This document shows, one piece after another, positions 18,301 to 25,914 of a stretch of DNA of 64,000 nucleotides; the stretch's first letter is position 1; each line of letters starts with the position of its first letter. This stretch comes from a virus: IMG/VR virus record IMGVR_UViG_3300027734_000056, positions 1 to 64,000 of that record; one strand, given 5' to 3'. Below the pieces are notes generated by a model. The model did no database searches and was not told the origin of the DNA. It worked only from the letters and a program-made list of their open reading frames with translations. Both the position numbers and the translations under genes were made by a program.

Positions 18301-20484
18301 TTCACACATAATTTAGGTTATGACTTTACTGAAAAATTAATAGCCGCAGCTGGTGGCTTGGACAAATTTGTGGATCAAGCAAACTTTTTTGCAGAAAAAT
18401 TTAACACAGAAGCTGAAAATATTGCACTTACTCAAGAGCAAGTAACTAAAAGCATGACAGCGTTAGGTTTTGGCACGGTAACAACTCGCGAACAATTTAA
18501 GCAATTGGTAAAAACCATCAGCAAAAATCTAACTCCAGCAAATGCAGGCTTATACCAACAGCTAATGAACTTAGCACCAGCGTTTGATGCAGTAGCAAGT
18601 GCAGCAGAAAAATCGGCAGCAACTACATATGATCTACAAACCAGTTTGTTAAGTGCACAAGGTTTCTCAAGTGCAGTACAAGAGCGCAACAGGCAAAAAA
18701 CAATAGATGCTATAGCTTCTGCAAGTGATAAAACTCTACAACGCCAAATTTATACACAAGAAGATTTAAATAAAACAAACAGTTTAAATATAGAGCTGCT
18801 TAATGCTGAAAATAAAAGCTATGAAGCTTTATTATTAACTAGAGCACAAGAACTTAAAGCCCTAAGTGACACAGATAAAGTTATTAAAAGGAAAATTTAT
18901 GCTGAACAAGACGCCGTAAAAACTCAAAATTTAAATATTCAATTGTTAAACCTTCAAGGAAAAACACAAGAGGCTTTAACTTTAACCAGAGAGCGAGAAT
19001 TGTTAGCACTAAGTGTTAGTGATCAAGCTATACAACGTCAAATTTATGCACTACAAGATCAAGCTACAGCAACTAGCAAATTAAATACAATTAGAAGCAG
19101 CGAAATAACACTTTATAATTTACTAGGTAAGTCAGCAGAAGCACTAGCGCTTCAAAGAGAACAAGACTTAGAAAGTACAGCAGATTACTTAAAAGCAAGT
19201 AAACGTTATCAGTTTGCACTAGAGAACGAAAAGGTTGTAAAAGATAAAATTGCAGCAGCTTACACAAAACAAAAAGATGCACTAAAGTCAACAATATCAG
19301 GCTTAGACGGTTCAATAAAATCATTAAAAGACTTTAGATCAAGTTTATTAACAAGCGCAAATACAGTACTAACACCAAGTCAAATTTATCAACAAAATAA
19401 AAACAGTTTTGATGCACTAGCTGCCACAGCTAGCATGGCTATAACAGATAGTACCAGCGAAGCAGATAAGCAAGCTAGAGACGATGCTTTAAACAAGTTG
19501 CCTCAAGCTGCATCAGCCTTACTGGACAGCTCAAGAACTATGTTTGCAAGCGGTGATCAGTATGCTGCTGACTTTGGTCAAGTATCGGCAATACTAGATA
19601 AAACTGTTGGCTCACTAGAAAATCAAAAATCAACTGCAGAATATCAACTTGTTGCACTAGAAGACAGTGTTAGCTTCTTAAACTTAATTGAAACCAATAC
19701 TGAGACTACTACACAACTATTAGCACAACTAGTAGCACTAGCACCTGCTACAGAGACTGCTAGAGCAGAAGCTGCTGCCAGTGGAAGTATAGCAGCGGGT
19801 CGTACCGTTTCTATATCTCCAATTTTTCCAGAAAAAGTTGTTCCAGATCATATAGTTGCAGCACTAAATAGTTCTACAACCACAAGCTCAACAGCTGTAA
19901 CAACTGCAATACAAACTGCTAGCGAAATTTCTTATAATCTTGCACTTATTACTAATGCCACTTTAGACAGAATAGCCACTCTTCTTAGCAAAGACAGAAC
20001 AATAACAGTAGTAGTTACTCCTAGTATAACAATTGGCCAACTTGCGTCAGAGCCAGCAGCTGTAGAAGCTCCAAAAAAGAAAAAAACGTGGTTTGAGCAA
20101 TTGTTTGGCAAACCTGATGACTCAGAAAATCGAACGTGGCTTGGCTTTCGTAAGTTTGAGTATGCCGAAGGCGGTTTAGCACCAGCAGGCATTAACTTAG
20201 TTGGTGAAAAAGGGCCTGAATTGGTTGACTTCAAAACACCTGGTAGAGTTTACAGCAACAAAGCAAGTAATGACATCTTTAACAGCAAGCAACTAGTAGA
20301 AGAAATTAGATCACTAAGGCAAGAAGTTAGCAGATTACGTAACGATCAAAAAGAACAAACAGGACATTTAATTACTGCAACTTACGATGCAAATGCACAA
20401 AATGCCGAGCAAGTAACAGCAGGTACAGAAGACGCACTACAAGCACAAAACTGGAAACAACGATCACAAATCAAGTTTGCCTAA
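12319..20484 (+). CDS. Tape measure protein (~2,720 aa)
   Basis: T5 pb2-like N-terminus (GRDFAAQAQGLGGLVHVYATFAAN, PELLDELGI), Ala/Gln-rich helices, C-terminal YAEGG..VGEKGPELV; SD GGAG before ATG 12319. Confidence 0.93.
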   Translation: MAIQETIQVNVQSNLAEEEKLAKSINAQLRSAANVRMSAPSSAKMAAANPDGTASPTNLSRGIAGQTGASGRDFAAQAQGLGGLVHVYATFAANIFAVSAAFTALSKAADTTNLIKGLDQLGAASGRALGGVAKAMVMASDGALSLRDAMSSAALASSAGMNNANMMRMTEVAKKASQALGRDMADSMDRLTKGIAKTQPELLDELGIMVRVIPAQEAYARQIGKTVSSLTDLEKKQAFANAVLEEGEKKFSAIKIDANPYSQLSASLINVLQSSLEFINKGLSPIAAFLASSPTALTAALAVLGSILLKQALPALGQFKESLQTSADLATSISNKRSIAANASRKADFENLKQALDNEAEVRVAAVVKAEADARKIAAASSFKPSKGVQTILAKDLGDINEKDFTKIESVALAQQTQGRTALAQAYRDLSVAIKQAQVANANFDKEVAAATIRLQEQQKVITTTGQVQVIADRANQAARTRSIASLAAETGATNGFMAAYKQLQQEIKTAQSGPITKDIMDGTTKLGEITVPAMSKVRGAWTLFSGSIAAAGGSISTFLNFAGPWLQAIGLAVTAFTFLSEALSKNGKAAAETQAAFDQLGESTKTTVNVFDRLQGLDPLERLSSQNISAKSTAVTETAASIENAFKKITKQAEDANLFDKFLDGAKVGIGLGLLKESSTELANATANSLRLAKGTAAGAKAAEDLSKALNIDATDKDALKRALGDSPEKFFKLGPQVVDIMKKLGTELTKASMAAQNFDAAITTANKTFDDLLISMLPTDSVAKLGFDLINVGKSMAEALAEPEQAIQKLADIAKDNQKLRLFSPEFAADIVANGKKIQDFAFRLTAYQQGIKDQQDYIKKLAKDRELLEPDVGSDAGPNTKALNENSKATAKAKEDIKQLERESATLSKNLEPFVEKFTQEQDQAFVRGAKYVQDSISDGFAKAAVTVSKAYAEGLGGTIAGIEERARLEKESLQIQLRQINVQLQLAASVDKLALLTEERLLVEREQSLTDKVEGGDTSKFTADQLALVKAQQKGLELAKASLNGNGKTIKDVTEMLNSSDRVIKSQGQFLLPSTQRTEAGKAQAAGVNAQIKAADIAAEFQKMQQLAALEKDRLDTAASGLTLDKAKLDIQAKSALYMGTDLLDKVQANEEQIALNKTTQENLSYELDISKAWKAYAGAKKDSVASQQALNAVSELGLKYANKLNRDENERQKRDLAYIQQRQAEEKKLFDLMLSNLTKIEAGRAQNAGVELQIQDDIIERLTTQGTTISATTVALTAQNALSKETERTTAAQNTAALTYAKEINDLVSKKKNLNDEEAKAIDEQIALTAKLYQDRVAGESRLSESKLKTLAVQNAIKAAEAEAANAALLEKDRSSAEQNRLDIQVELLSRLSITNALSKEELARRTGQLNIEREIERSKSAQAAIIAANAIKEAELKAKQNSFKNSKGDIIDEAKFEETGAQLADAQIRGATAVKQEKDLSAAKLETIGVQSAMDQLQAKQEQRMQTMIGLTQNLTTVFGEMGTTLGKSVEAFGEILATQEKYASARAELMKEEKKNADAIRQLDEKNTAQQLSNSSKLANSSKGLFKEKQNGYKLLSAIEKASALASSALAAKALAEQAINAAKSIGIDIPAIYAEFMAQLGPYGAAAAGVAIAAFLGSSGGGGPKSYTGPSAEDQQKVQGTGMQYQQKGDKYELVDTGFGVLGASDQLSDTLTKTQTLLAENSVKGLEVDKSMLKAINRLVDAIGSAVTTIALEGNLGKGLNFGMLPGTNKTPGAAEGLGQSLGSLIPIPLIGPMVGNLIGNVLGGIFGGGTSATSSIAGAGILFNGTIKELADGAEGALYQYKDVLIQFHKDGGWFGRDRNWTEMRQQLQGVTKEVSGAIALVFMGVQDVAYAVAKKAGVADTTVEAALKSIRITDKLNLQNLSIEDQNKLLQSVTSKALTQVFEQVLPQFKKFQKAGEDLAATVFRVIDAQDKVNMSLDLVGSKFTHNLGYDFTEKLIAAAGGLDKFVDQANFFAEKFNTEAENIALTQEQVTKSMTALGFGTVTTREQFKQLVKTISKNLTPANAGLYQQLMNLAPAFDAVASAAEKSAATTYDLQTSLLSAQGFSSAVQERNRQKTIDAIASASDKTLQRQIYTQEDLNKTNSLNIELLNAENKSYEALLLTRAQELKALSDTDKVIKRKIYAEQDAVKTQNLNIQLLNLQGKTQEALTLTRERELLALSVSDQAIQRQIYALQDQATATSKLNTIRSSEITLYNLLGKSAEALALQREQDLESTADYLKASKRYQFALENEKVVKDKIAAAYTKQKDALKSTISGLDGSIKSLKDFRSSLLTSANTVLTPSQIYQQNKNSFDALAATASMAITDSTSEADKQARDDALNKLPQAASALLDSSRTMFASGDQYAADFGQVSAILDKTVGSLENQKSTAEYQLVALEDSVSFLNLIETNTETTTQLLAQLVALAPATETARAEAAASGSIAAGRTVSISPIFPEKVVPDHIVAALNSSTTTSSTAVTTAIQTASEISYNLALITNATLDRIATLLSKDRTITVVVTPSITIGQLASEPAAVEAPKKKKTWFEQLFGKPDDSENRTWLGFRKFEYAEGGLAPAGINLVGEKGPELVDFKTPGRVYSNKASNDIFNSKQLVEEIRSLRQEVSRLRNDQKEQTGHLITATYDANAQNAEQVTAGTEDALQAQNWKQRSQIKFA

Positions 20485-20485
20485 C

Positions 20486-20516
20486 AAAAAAGCCCTGCCA
20501 CAAGCAGGGCTTTTTT
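20486..20516. terminator. Intrinsic terminator, bidirectional type
   Basis: AAAAAAGCCCTGC-CACAA-GCAGGGCTTTTTT. Confidence 0.9.
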
Positions 20517-20536
20517 GTGCCATTTAAAAATTATGC

Positions 20537-20565
20537 TTGACTTGTGGTAGCTAAACAGGTATAAT
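20537..20565 (+). promoter_or_regulatory. Late sigma70 promoter for the tail-tip operon
   Basis: TTGACT-17-TATAAT. Confidence 0.85.
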
Positions 20566-20598
20566 TAAGGAAAATATTATTTACAAGGTAATAAAGTT

Positions 20599-22221
20599 AT
20601 GAGTTTAGTTACACAAACCTGGTTAGAAGATACTAACAGCATAAGATGCTTATTAGTCGAATTAAAAGTATTAGACTACTTTAATACATACGGCGGTACT
20701 GTGGGAAACGGCTATACAGGAACTGTTTATCTTGGTACTACAGGCTATAACTTAGGTGATTCTAGTACTAGTTTTTTGCCGTACTTAACCAATAGTTTTC
20801 AAACTAGTGAAAATATGTCACTAGACGGCAGTTTAAGTTTAACATATGGTGATCTAGAAATTCAAAATCCAAACGGTGATTTTGACAACTGGCTGGATAA
20901 TACAAAATACATCTGGGCAAATCAAGCAGTAAAAGTTTATTTTGGCGATCCACGATGGAGCTCAACCTCAATAGATGATGTTCGTTTAAACTTTGAATTA
21001 GTGTTTGATGGTATTATTCAAGAAATAGATAGCAAATCCAGAGAAACTGTAAACTTAAAAATAGCAGATAAACTGCAGAGATTAAACAGCCCACTATCAG
21101 AAGATAAAATTGGTACAACAGGTACATGGGCAGGCGGTCAGCCAAATAGTGACACACTTAAGCCACTTGTGTTCGGCGAAGTGTTTAATATGACCCCCGA
21201 GCTGGTAGACCCTAGTACCTTGCAATATCAATTTAATGCTACCACAACTGAGTTGGTTATTGAAATCAGAGACAACGGTGTGCCTGTATATACAGATAGT
21301 TCAGTTTACAACAGTCAAGGTGTTACAGTTGCATCACCAAGGCCCACAGCTGCCACAATTGATTTAAACACAGGCAAGTTTACATTATCACAGCCACTTG
21401 CTGGCTCAGTAACTTGCAGTGTGCAAGGCGTAAAAAATAGTATAAACTTAAGCTCAGGTGTTTTACAAACTGGTACATATAAAAACAACATTGCCAATTT
21501 AATTGCACTTATTGTCACACATTATGGTAATGCTAATTTGCGATTATCAGTAGCAGATTTAGATTTAACAAATTTGCAGGCTTTTGAAAATGCAAACACA
21601 CAGCCTGTAGGCTACTTAGTCACAGACCGAACAAATGTGCTTGAAGTATGTCAAAGCTTAGCAAATAGTGTGGGTGCACAAATTTACATGGCACGTACAG
21701 GAAAACTGCAAATTTTACGACTGGCAGTACCTGCCGCTGCCACAACAGAAATAACAGACAATGACATTTTACACCACAGTTTAAGCATAAGCACAAAAAC
21801 TGATGTGGTTGCTGGCATCAAAATAGCTTACAGTAAAAACTGGACTACGCAAACTGATTTATTAACAAATATACTGCCTCCACATAAAGAAATATTTGCC
21901 ACAGACTGGTATACAGAAACGGCACTTGATGCCACAGTAAAAAGCACATATAAACTTTACGCAGATCCTGAACAAAAAGAAACTTACTTATTGCAGCAGT
22001 CAGATGCACAAGCAGAAGCAGTAAGACTTCGTGATTATTTTAAAACGCCGCGTATGGTTTATAAGTTTACTGGCACAACTAAACTATTGCTGTTAAACTT
22101 GGGAGATGCTGTACGTTTAACACACAACAGGTTTGGTTTAACTAGTGGCAAACTTGGACAAATAGTTGGTTTAAACCAAAATTGGGTAGCAGGTACAGTT
22201 GATGTGGAGGTACTAATCTAA
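20599..22221 (+). CDS. Baseplate hub / tail tip protein (not T5 pb9/pb3 type)
   Basis: First gene after the TMP; KPLVFGEVFNMTP, and C-terminal LNLGDAVRLTHNRFGL typical of siphophage hub proteins. Confidence 0.65.
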   Translation: MSLVTQTWLEDTNSIRCLLVELKVLDYFNTYGGTVGNGYTGTVYLGTTGYNLGDSSTSFLPYLTNSFQTSENMSLDGSLSLTYGDLEIQNPNGDFDNWLDNTKYIWANQAVKVYFGDPRWSSTSIDDVRLNFELVFDGIIQEIDSKSRETVNLKIADKLQRLNSPLSEDKIGTTGTWAGGQPNSDTLKPLVFGEVFNMTPELVDPSTLQYQFNATTTELVIEIRDNGVPVYTDSSVYNSQGVTVASPRPTAATIDLNTGKFTLSQPLAGSVTCSVQGVKNSINLSSGVLQTGTYKNNIANLIALIVTHYGNANLRLSVADLDLTNLQAFENANTQPVGYLVTDRTNVLEVCQSLANSVGAQIYMARTGKLQILRLAVPAAATTEITDNDILHHSLSISTKTDVVAGIKIAYSKNWTTQTDLLTNILPPHKEIFATDWYTETALDATVKSTYKLYADPEQKETYLLQQSDAQAEAVRLRDYFKTPRMVYKFTGTTKLLLLNLGDAVRLTHNRFGLTSGKLGQIVGLNQNWVAGTVDVEVLI

Positions 22222-25200
22222 TGGCAACATTAATAAACGCAAGAGATAAAGCCTTACAAACTGCACGATATAGACGTGGTGCTACGCAAGTAACACTAAC
22301 AGCGCCAGCAGGTGCTTTTATAAAGCCTAAAAATGGAGCAGCCATAACTCCTACTAGTATAAAAATTAAAGCCTCAGCTAACTATGTGTTTACTGCAGCA
22401 GCTAGTTACAGCTGGCAGTATGCCTTAAGTACTGCGCCTGATGTTTATACAACATTAACAGACAACGGTACTCCAGTAACAACTGATGAAGTAATTTTAA
22501 ATGGAAGTACAATAGCAGGCTTAATAGGCTCAGCTAGCGAAATTTATTACAAGTGTACAGTTACGGAACCTAAACTGGATACAGCTAGTGCCATATACAA
22601 AATAATTTACAGCAAGGAAAGTGATGATCCTATTACTGTAAATATGACAAAAACCAACGTATCAGTACCCTGCGATCAGTACGGTACACCCTCATCACTT
22701 GCTGGCACAGGCACCACAATCACAGTAGCTCGTGGCAGCACTACACTAGGCTATAATAATCTTGGCGGAGCTTTGGCAAATACTTTTACAGTAACTACCA
22801 ACGCAGATGTAAATCGTACTCTAGGAGGAACTGCAAATAGTACCGCTATCAGCTATGTGTTAGACGATTTAACTGCTATAGAGCAAACAATAGATCAAAC
22901 CAGTACAATTTTTACAGTTACTGTGTATGATGGTAACGGCACAGCCACAAATACCTTTTCAAGAACTCTATCTTATACAAAAGTAAAAAATGGTTTAGTT
23001 GGTCAGGATGCTACAAGATATTTTTTACAATTAAATACTCCAGTTATAGCAAAAAGCAGTAGTAGTGCAGTTGTAGTAGGTGTACATACACCTAGCACTA
23101 TAGTAGCCACGGGCAAAACACAAGTTGGTTCGGGTAGTTTGAGTAATTTTGGGTATGTTACAATTACTCCGAGTGATGGTGTTGAAAGTTCTCCAAGTCA
23201 GTATACGCAAAGTTTGACTATTACAAACTCAAAACAAGCAGCTTTATATACAGTAAAATTATACGCAGACGCACTTAAAGCTACCTTAATAGATAGCCAA
23301 ACTATACCTGTTGTATATTCTGGTAGTAGCGGTACAAGTGGTACAAGTGCTATAAGTTTAGTATTAACAAATGATAATGTTAGTATACCTACAGCAAGTG
23401 ATGGTACTAATCCTGTGTATACTGGATCAGGTACAGATATTATAGTTTATGAAGGTAGCACACAGTTAACTTATGCAGCAACAGGTACTACTCCAGGTAC
23501 TTACAAAATATCTAGCATAGATGCAGTAAATATAACTGCAGGCAGCTATGCAATAAAAACAGGATCAACTACTATAATAACTGCTGCTGCACCAGTGTCT
23601 ATAACAGCAGATACTGCTAGTATTACTTATAATATATCAGGAATAACAGCAGCTGGTACAACTTTTACAATTAGTAAAACTCAGAGTTTAAAGAAATTAA
23701 AAGCTGGTAGCATTGGTATAGACGGAAAAAGATCAATTATAATAAATGCTTACCGATGGCTTTTGACTGCAGTAGTTTCACCAGATCAAGCTTTTACATA
23801 TACTTGGGCTACAGGAGCGGTAAGCAATTATCCTACTGGTTGGACTGCATCTGCAGGTGCAGCACCTGGTGACGGGTATACTCTATATCAACTTAACGTA
23901 ACTATTAGCGAGTTACCTACTGTTGCTATAACTTCAGGTTTAAACTGGAGTGTCGGCACACAAAATATAATTGGTTTTAGAAAAGACGGCACTATAGGCG
24001 AACTTAGTGCTTATACTAAAACAGCTTATATTACCTTAACTACAACAACTCCGCCAAGTACTCCAGCAGCTACCACAGGTGCCAGTAGCTTACCTGCCGC
24101 GGTTGGTACAGTAAGCTGGACAAGTACAAGTCCTGGCACTGTACCAGATGGAAGTTATGTTTATATTAGTACTGGTATTTATGGTGCAACTAGTAATCAA
24201 GTTGTATGGGCAGCCCCTTACTTAAGTTACTTTAAAGTAGGTAGTTTAAGTGCAATTAGCGCTAGTTTAGGTGTAGTAGGAGTATCTACCACAGGTAATA
24301 TACATAGTGGTACAGGTGTTGATTCAAAAACATATGGCGATACTAAATCAGGATTCTTTTTAGGTTATGATAGCGATGCCTATAAAATGGAGGTAGGCAG
24401 CCCAACAAGCTATTTACGTTTTAACGGCACAACACTAAGTGCCACAGGTATGAATATTTATACTGCAGACAATCAAGATATTTTAACAATAGCGGGCGGA
24501 CAAGAATGGACTACTACAGGCACTATTACAAAGTTCAGCGCTGTAAGTTTACAAAAAACAGGGACTGGTAATCTCACAGATGCCTGGGCTTATAGCAATC
24601 AATTTTATACAAGTGGTGCTGCTGTAAGTTTTCAAACTGGCTTGGTAAATAAACAATTTGAAGTTGGACTAGATAATAGTGGTGCAACTCCTGGTGCAGA
24701 TACTACTATTGATTACGGTATACTATTAAGTACAACAGGTTATGTCTATCCGCGCGTGGGTGGAAATACTCAAGCCGCTATAGCTACCAGTCATTCTACT
24801 GCAGATGTATTTTTAATTGCTTATGATAATAAAGCAGTATACTATTATATTAATGGCGTATTAAAATATACCTATACTACTGCAGTAGCTGCTACTCAAA
24901 GTTACGTAGCAAAAATAGTTTTTACAACTAGCTTAGCTAATGCCAAATCAGTTAAATTTATACCTTGGGGCGGTGTTGGTACTAATGGTACTAATGGTAC
25001 AAATGGTACAAATGGTATAAATGGTGATACAGGCCCAGCAGGTACTCGTGCTGCAGTTACTTATATTTTAGCTGGTTATGATACTTTTACTAGTAGTGCA
25101 CAAACTGCTACTGAAAACTGGTTTACTACAAATTATGGTGGACTTATACTAGGAGATAAAGTTACTGTTTATAACACAGCTACAGGTAAAAGTGAAACAC

Positions 25201-25388
25201 GTAGTTGGATAAGCACAAATAACTGGCAAAAAGTAAGTGTTTATATTGATGGTAATCTACTAGTAAGTGGTACTATAACTAGTGATGCTTTGGCTTTAAA
25301 TTTGGTAACTGTAGGCCAACGCATAGTTTCACAAGATGGGTTATTTGTAGTAGATTTACAAAATAAATATATAAGTATAAGTGTTTAA
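22221..25388 (+). CDS. Central tail fibre / tip attachment protein (gpJ C-terminal-like)
   Basis: Repeated Ig-like units (LTNDNVSIPTASDG), KVGSLSAISASLG, collagen-like GTN repeats, and a terminal IDGNLLVSGTIT beta-spike. Confidence 0.6.
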   Translation: MATLINARDKALQTARYRRGATQVTLTAPAGAFIKPKNGAAITPTSIKIKASANYVFTAAASYSWQYALSTAPDVYTTLTDNGTPVTTDEVILNGSTIAGLIGSASEIYYKCTVTEPKLDTASAIYKIIYSKESDDPITVNMTKTNVSVPCDQYGTPSSLAGTGTTITVARGSTTLGYNNLGGALANTFTVTTNADVNRTLGGTANSTAISYVLDDLTAIEQTIDQTSTIFTVTVYDGNGTATNTFSRTLSYTKVKNGLVGQDATRYFLQLNTPVIAKSSSSAVVVGVHTPSTIVATGKTQVGSGSLSNFGYVTITPSDGVESSPSQYTQSLTITNSKQAALYTVKLYADALKATLIDSQTIPVVYSGSSGTSGTSAISLVLTNDNVSIPTASDGTNPVYTGSGTDIIVYEGSTQLTYAATGTTPGTYKISSIDAVNITAGSYAIKTGSTTIITAAAPVSITADTASITYNISGITAAGTTFTISKTQSLKKLKAGSIGIDGKRSIIINAYRWLLTAVVSPDQAFTYTWATGAVSNYPTGWTASAGAAPGDGYTLYQLNVTISELPTVAITSGLNWSVGTQNIIGFRKDGTIGELSAYTKTAYITLTTTTPPSTPAATTGASSLPAAVGTVSWTSTSPGTVPDGSYVYISTGIYGATSNQVVWAAPYLSYFKVGSLSAISASLGVVGVSTTGNIHSGTGVDSKTYGDTKSGFFLGYDSDAYKMEVGSPTSYLRFNGTTLSATGMNIYTADNQDILTIAGGQEWTTTGTITKFSAVSLQKTGTGNLTDAWAYSNQFYTSGAAVSFQTGLVNKQFEVGLDNSGATPGADTTIDYGILLSTTGYVYPRVGGNTQAAIATSHSTADVFLIAYDNKAVYYYINGVLKYTYTTAVAATQSYVAKIVFTTSLANAKSVKFIPWGGVGTNGTNGTNGTNGINGDTGPAGTRAAVTYILAGYDTFTSSAQTATENWFTTNYGGLILGDKVTVYNTATGKSETRSWISTNNWQKVSVYIDGNLLVSGTITSDALALNLVTVGQRIVSQDGLFVVDLQNKYISISV
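24978..25046 (+). repeat. 9-bp tandem repeat encoding collagen-like (GTN)n
   Basis: GGTAC(T/A)AAT x4, continuing as GINGDTGPAGT. Confidence 0.85.
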
Positions 25389-25389
25389 T

Positions 25390-25914
25390 ATGAATAATTT
25401 ATATACTGAATTTTACAATCAAATAGGTAAGCAAGCAGATATTGTAAATGGTGAAGTAGTACTTTCGAACTCTGGATTTTTAGAAATTTCCGAATTTCCA
25501 AAATTAGGCAGCGTTTATGTAGACAATTTCAATAAAACTGCTCAAATAATACCTTTAAAAAATGATTTTCGTGGTTATGCGTGGGATTTATATGAAAATA
25601 ATTGTGTCATGTGCTGTGCCAGATGGCATGATAACTTTTTTGGCACTAGTTTAACCAAAGATTTTCGTGGATTAACTCATCAAGAACGTTTACAAGTTAT
25701 GCAAACTGGTTATGAAAATCTAATTGAGCAGTTTGGTTTTCAAACTATTGAAATACCAAAACTAGGTTGTATTTTTATTTATGAAGAGTATAACCATCTT
25801 GCCATACTTGTTGATAATGATACCATCTTACATCACCCTGCTAGAAAGTTTTCTGGATTAGATAAACTTGATAGTCAAAAAATAATTAAAATACTATGGT
25901 TTTCCAAGACTTAA
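25390..25914 (+). CDS. NlpC/P60-family protein (lambda gpK-like)
   Basis: W..YENNC (Cys), HLAILV (His) and ILHHP (His). Confidence 0.7.
   Translation: MNNLYTEFYNQIGKQADIVNGEVVLSNSGFLEISEFPKLGSVYVDNFNKTAQIIPLKNDFRGYAWDLYENNCVMCCARWHDNFFGTSLTKDFRGLTHQERLQVMQTGYENLIEQFGFQTIEIPKLGCIFIYEEYNHLAILVDNDTILHHPARKFSGLDKLDSQKIIKILWFSKT

Noticed and set aside
12431-20234. Several alternative-frame and antisense ORFs within the TMP (e.g. 14196..14774)
   Set aside because: Expected shadows of biased codon usage; no SD or recognisable motifs.
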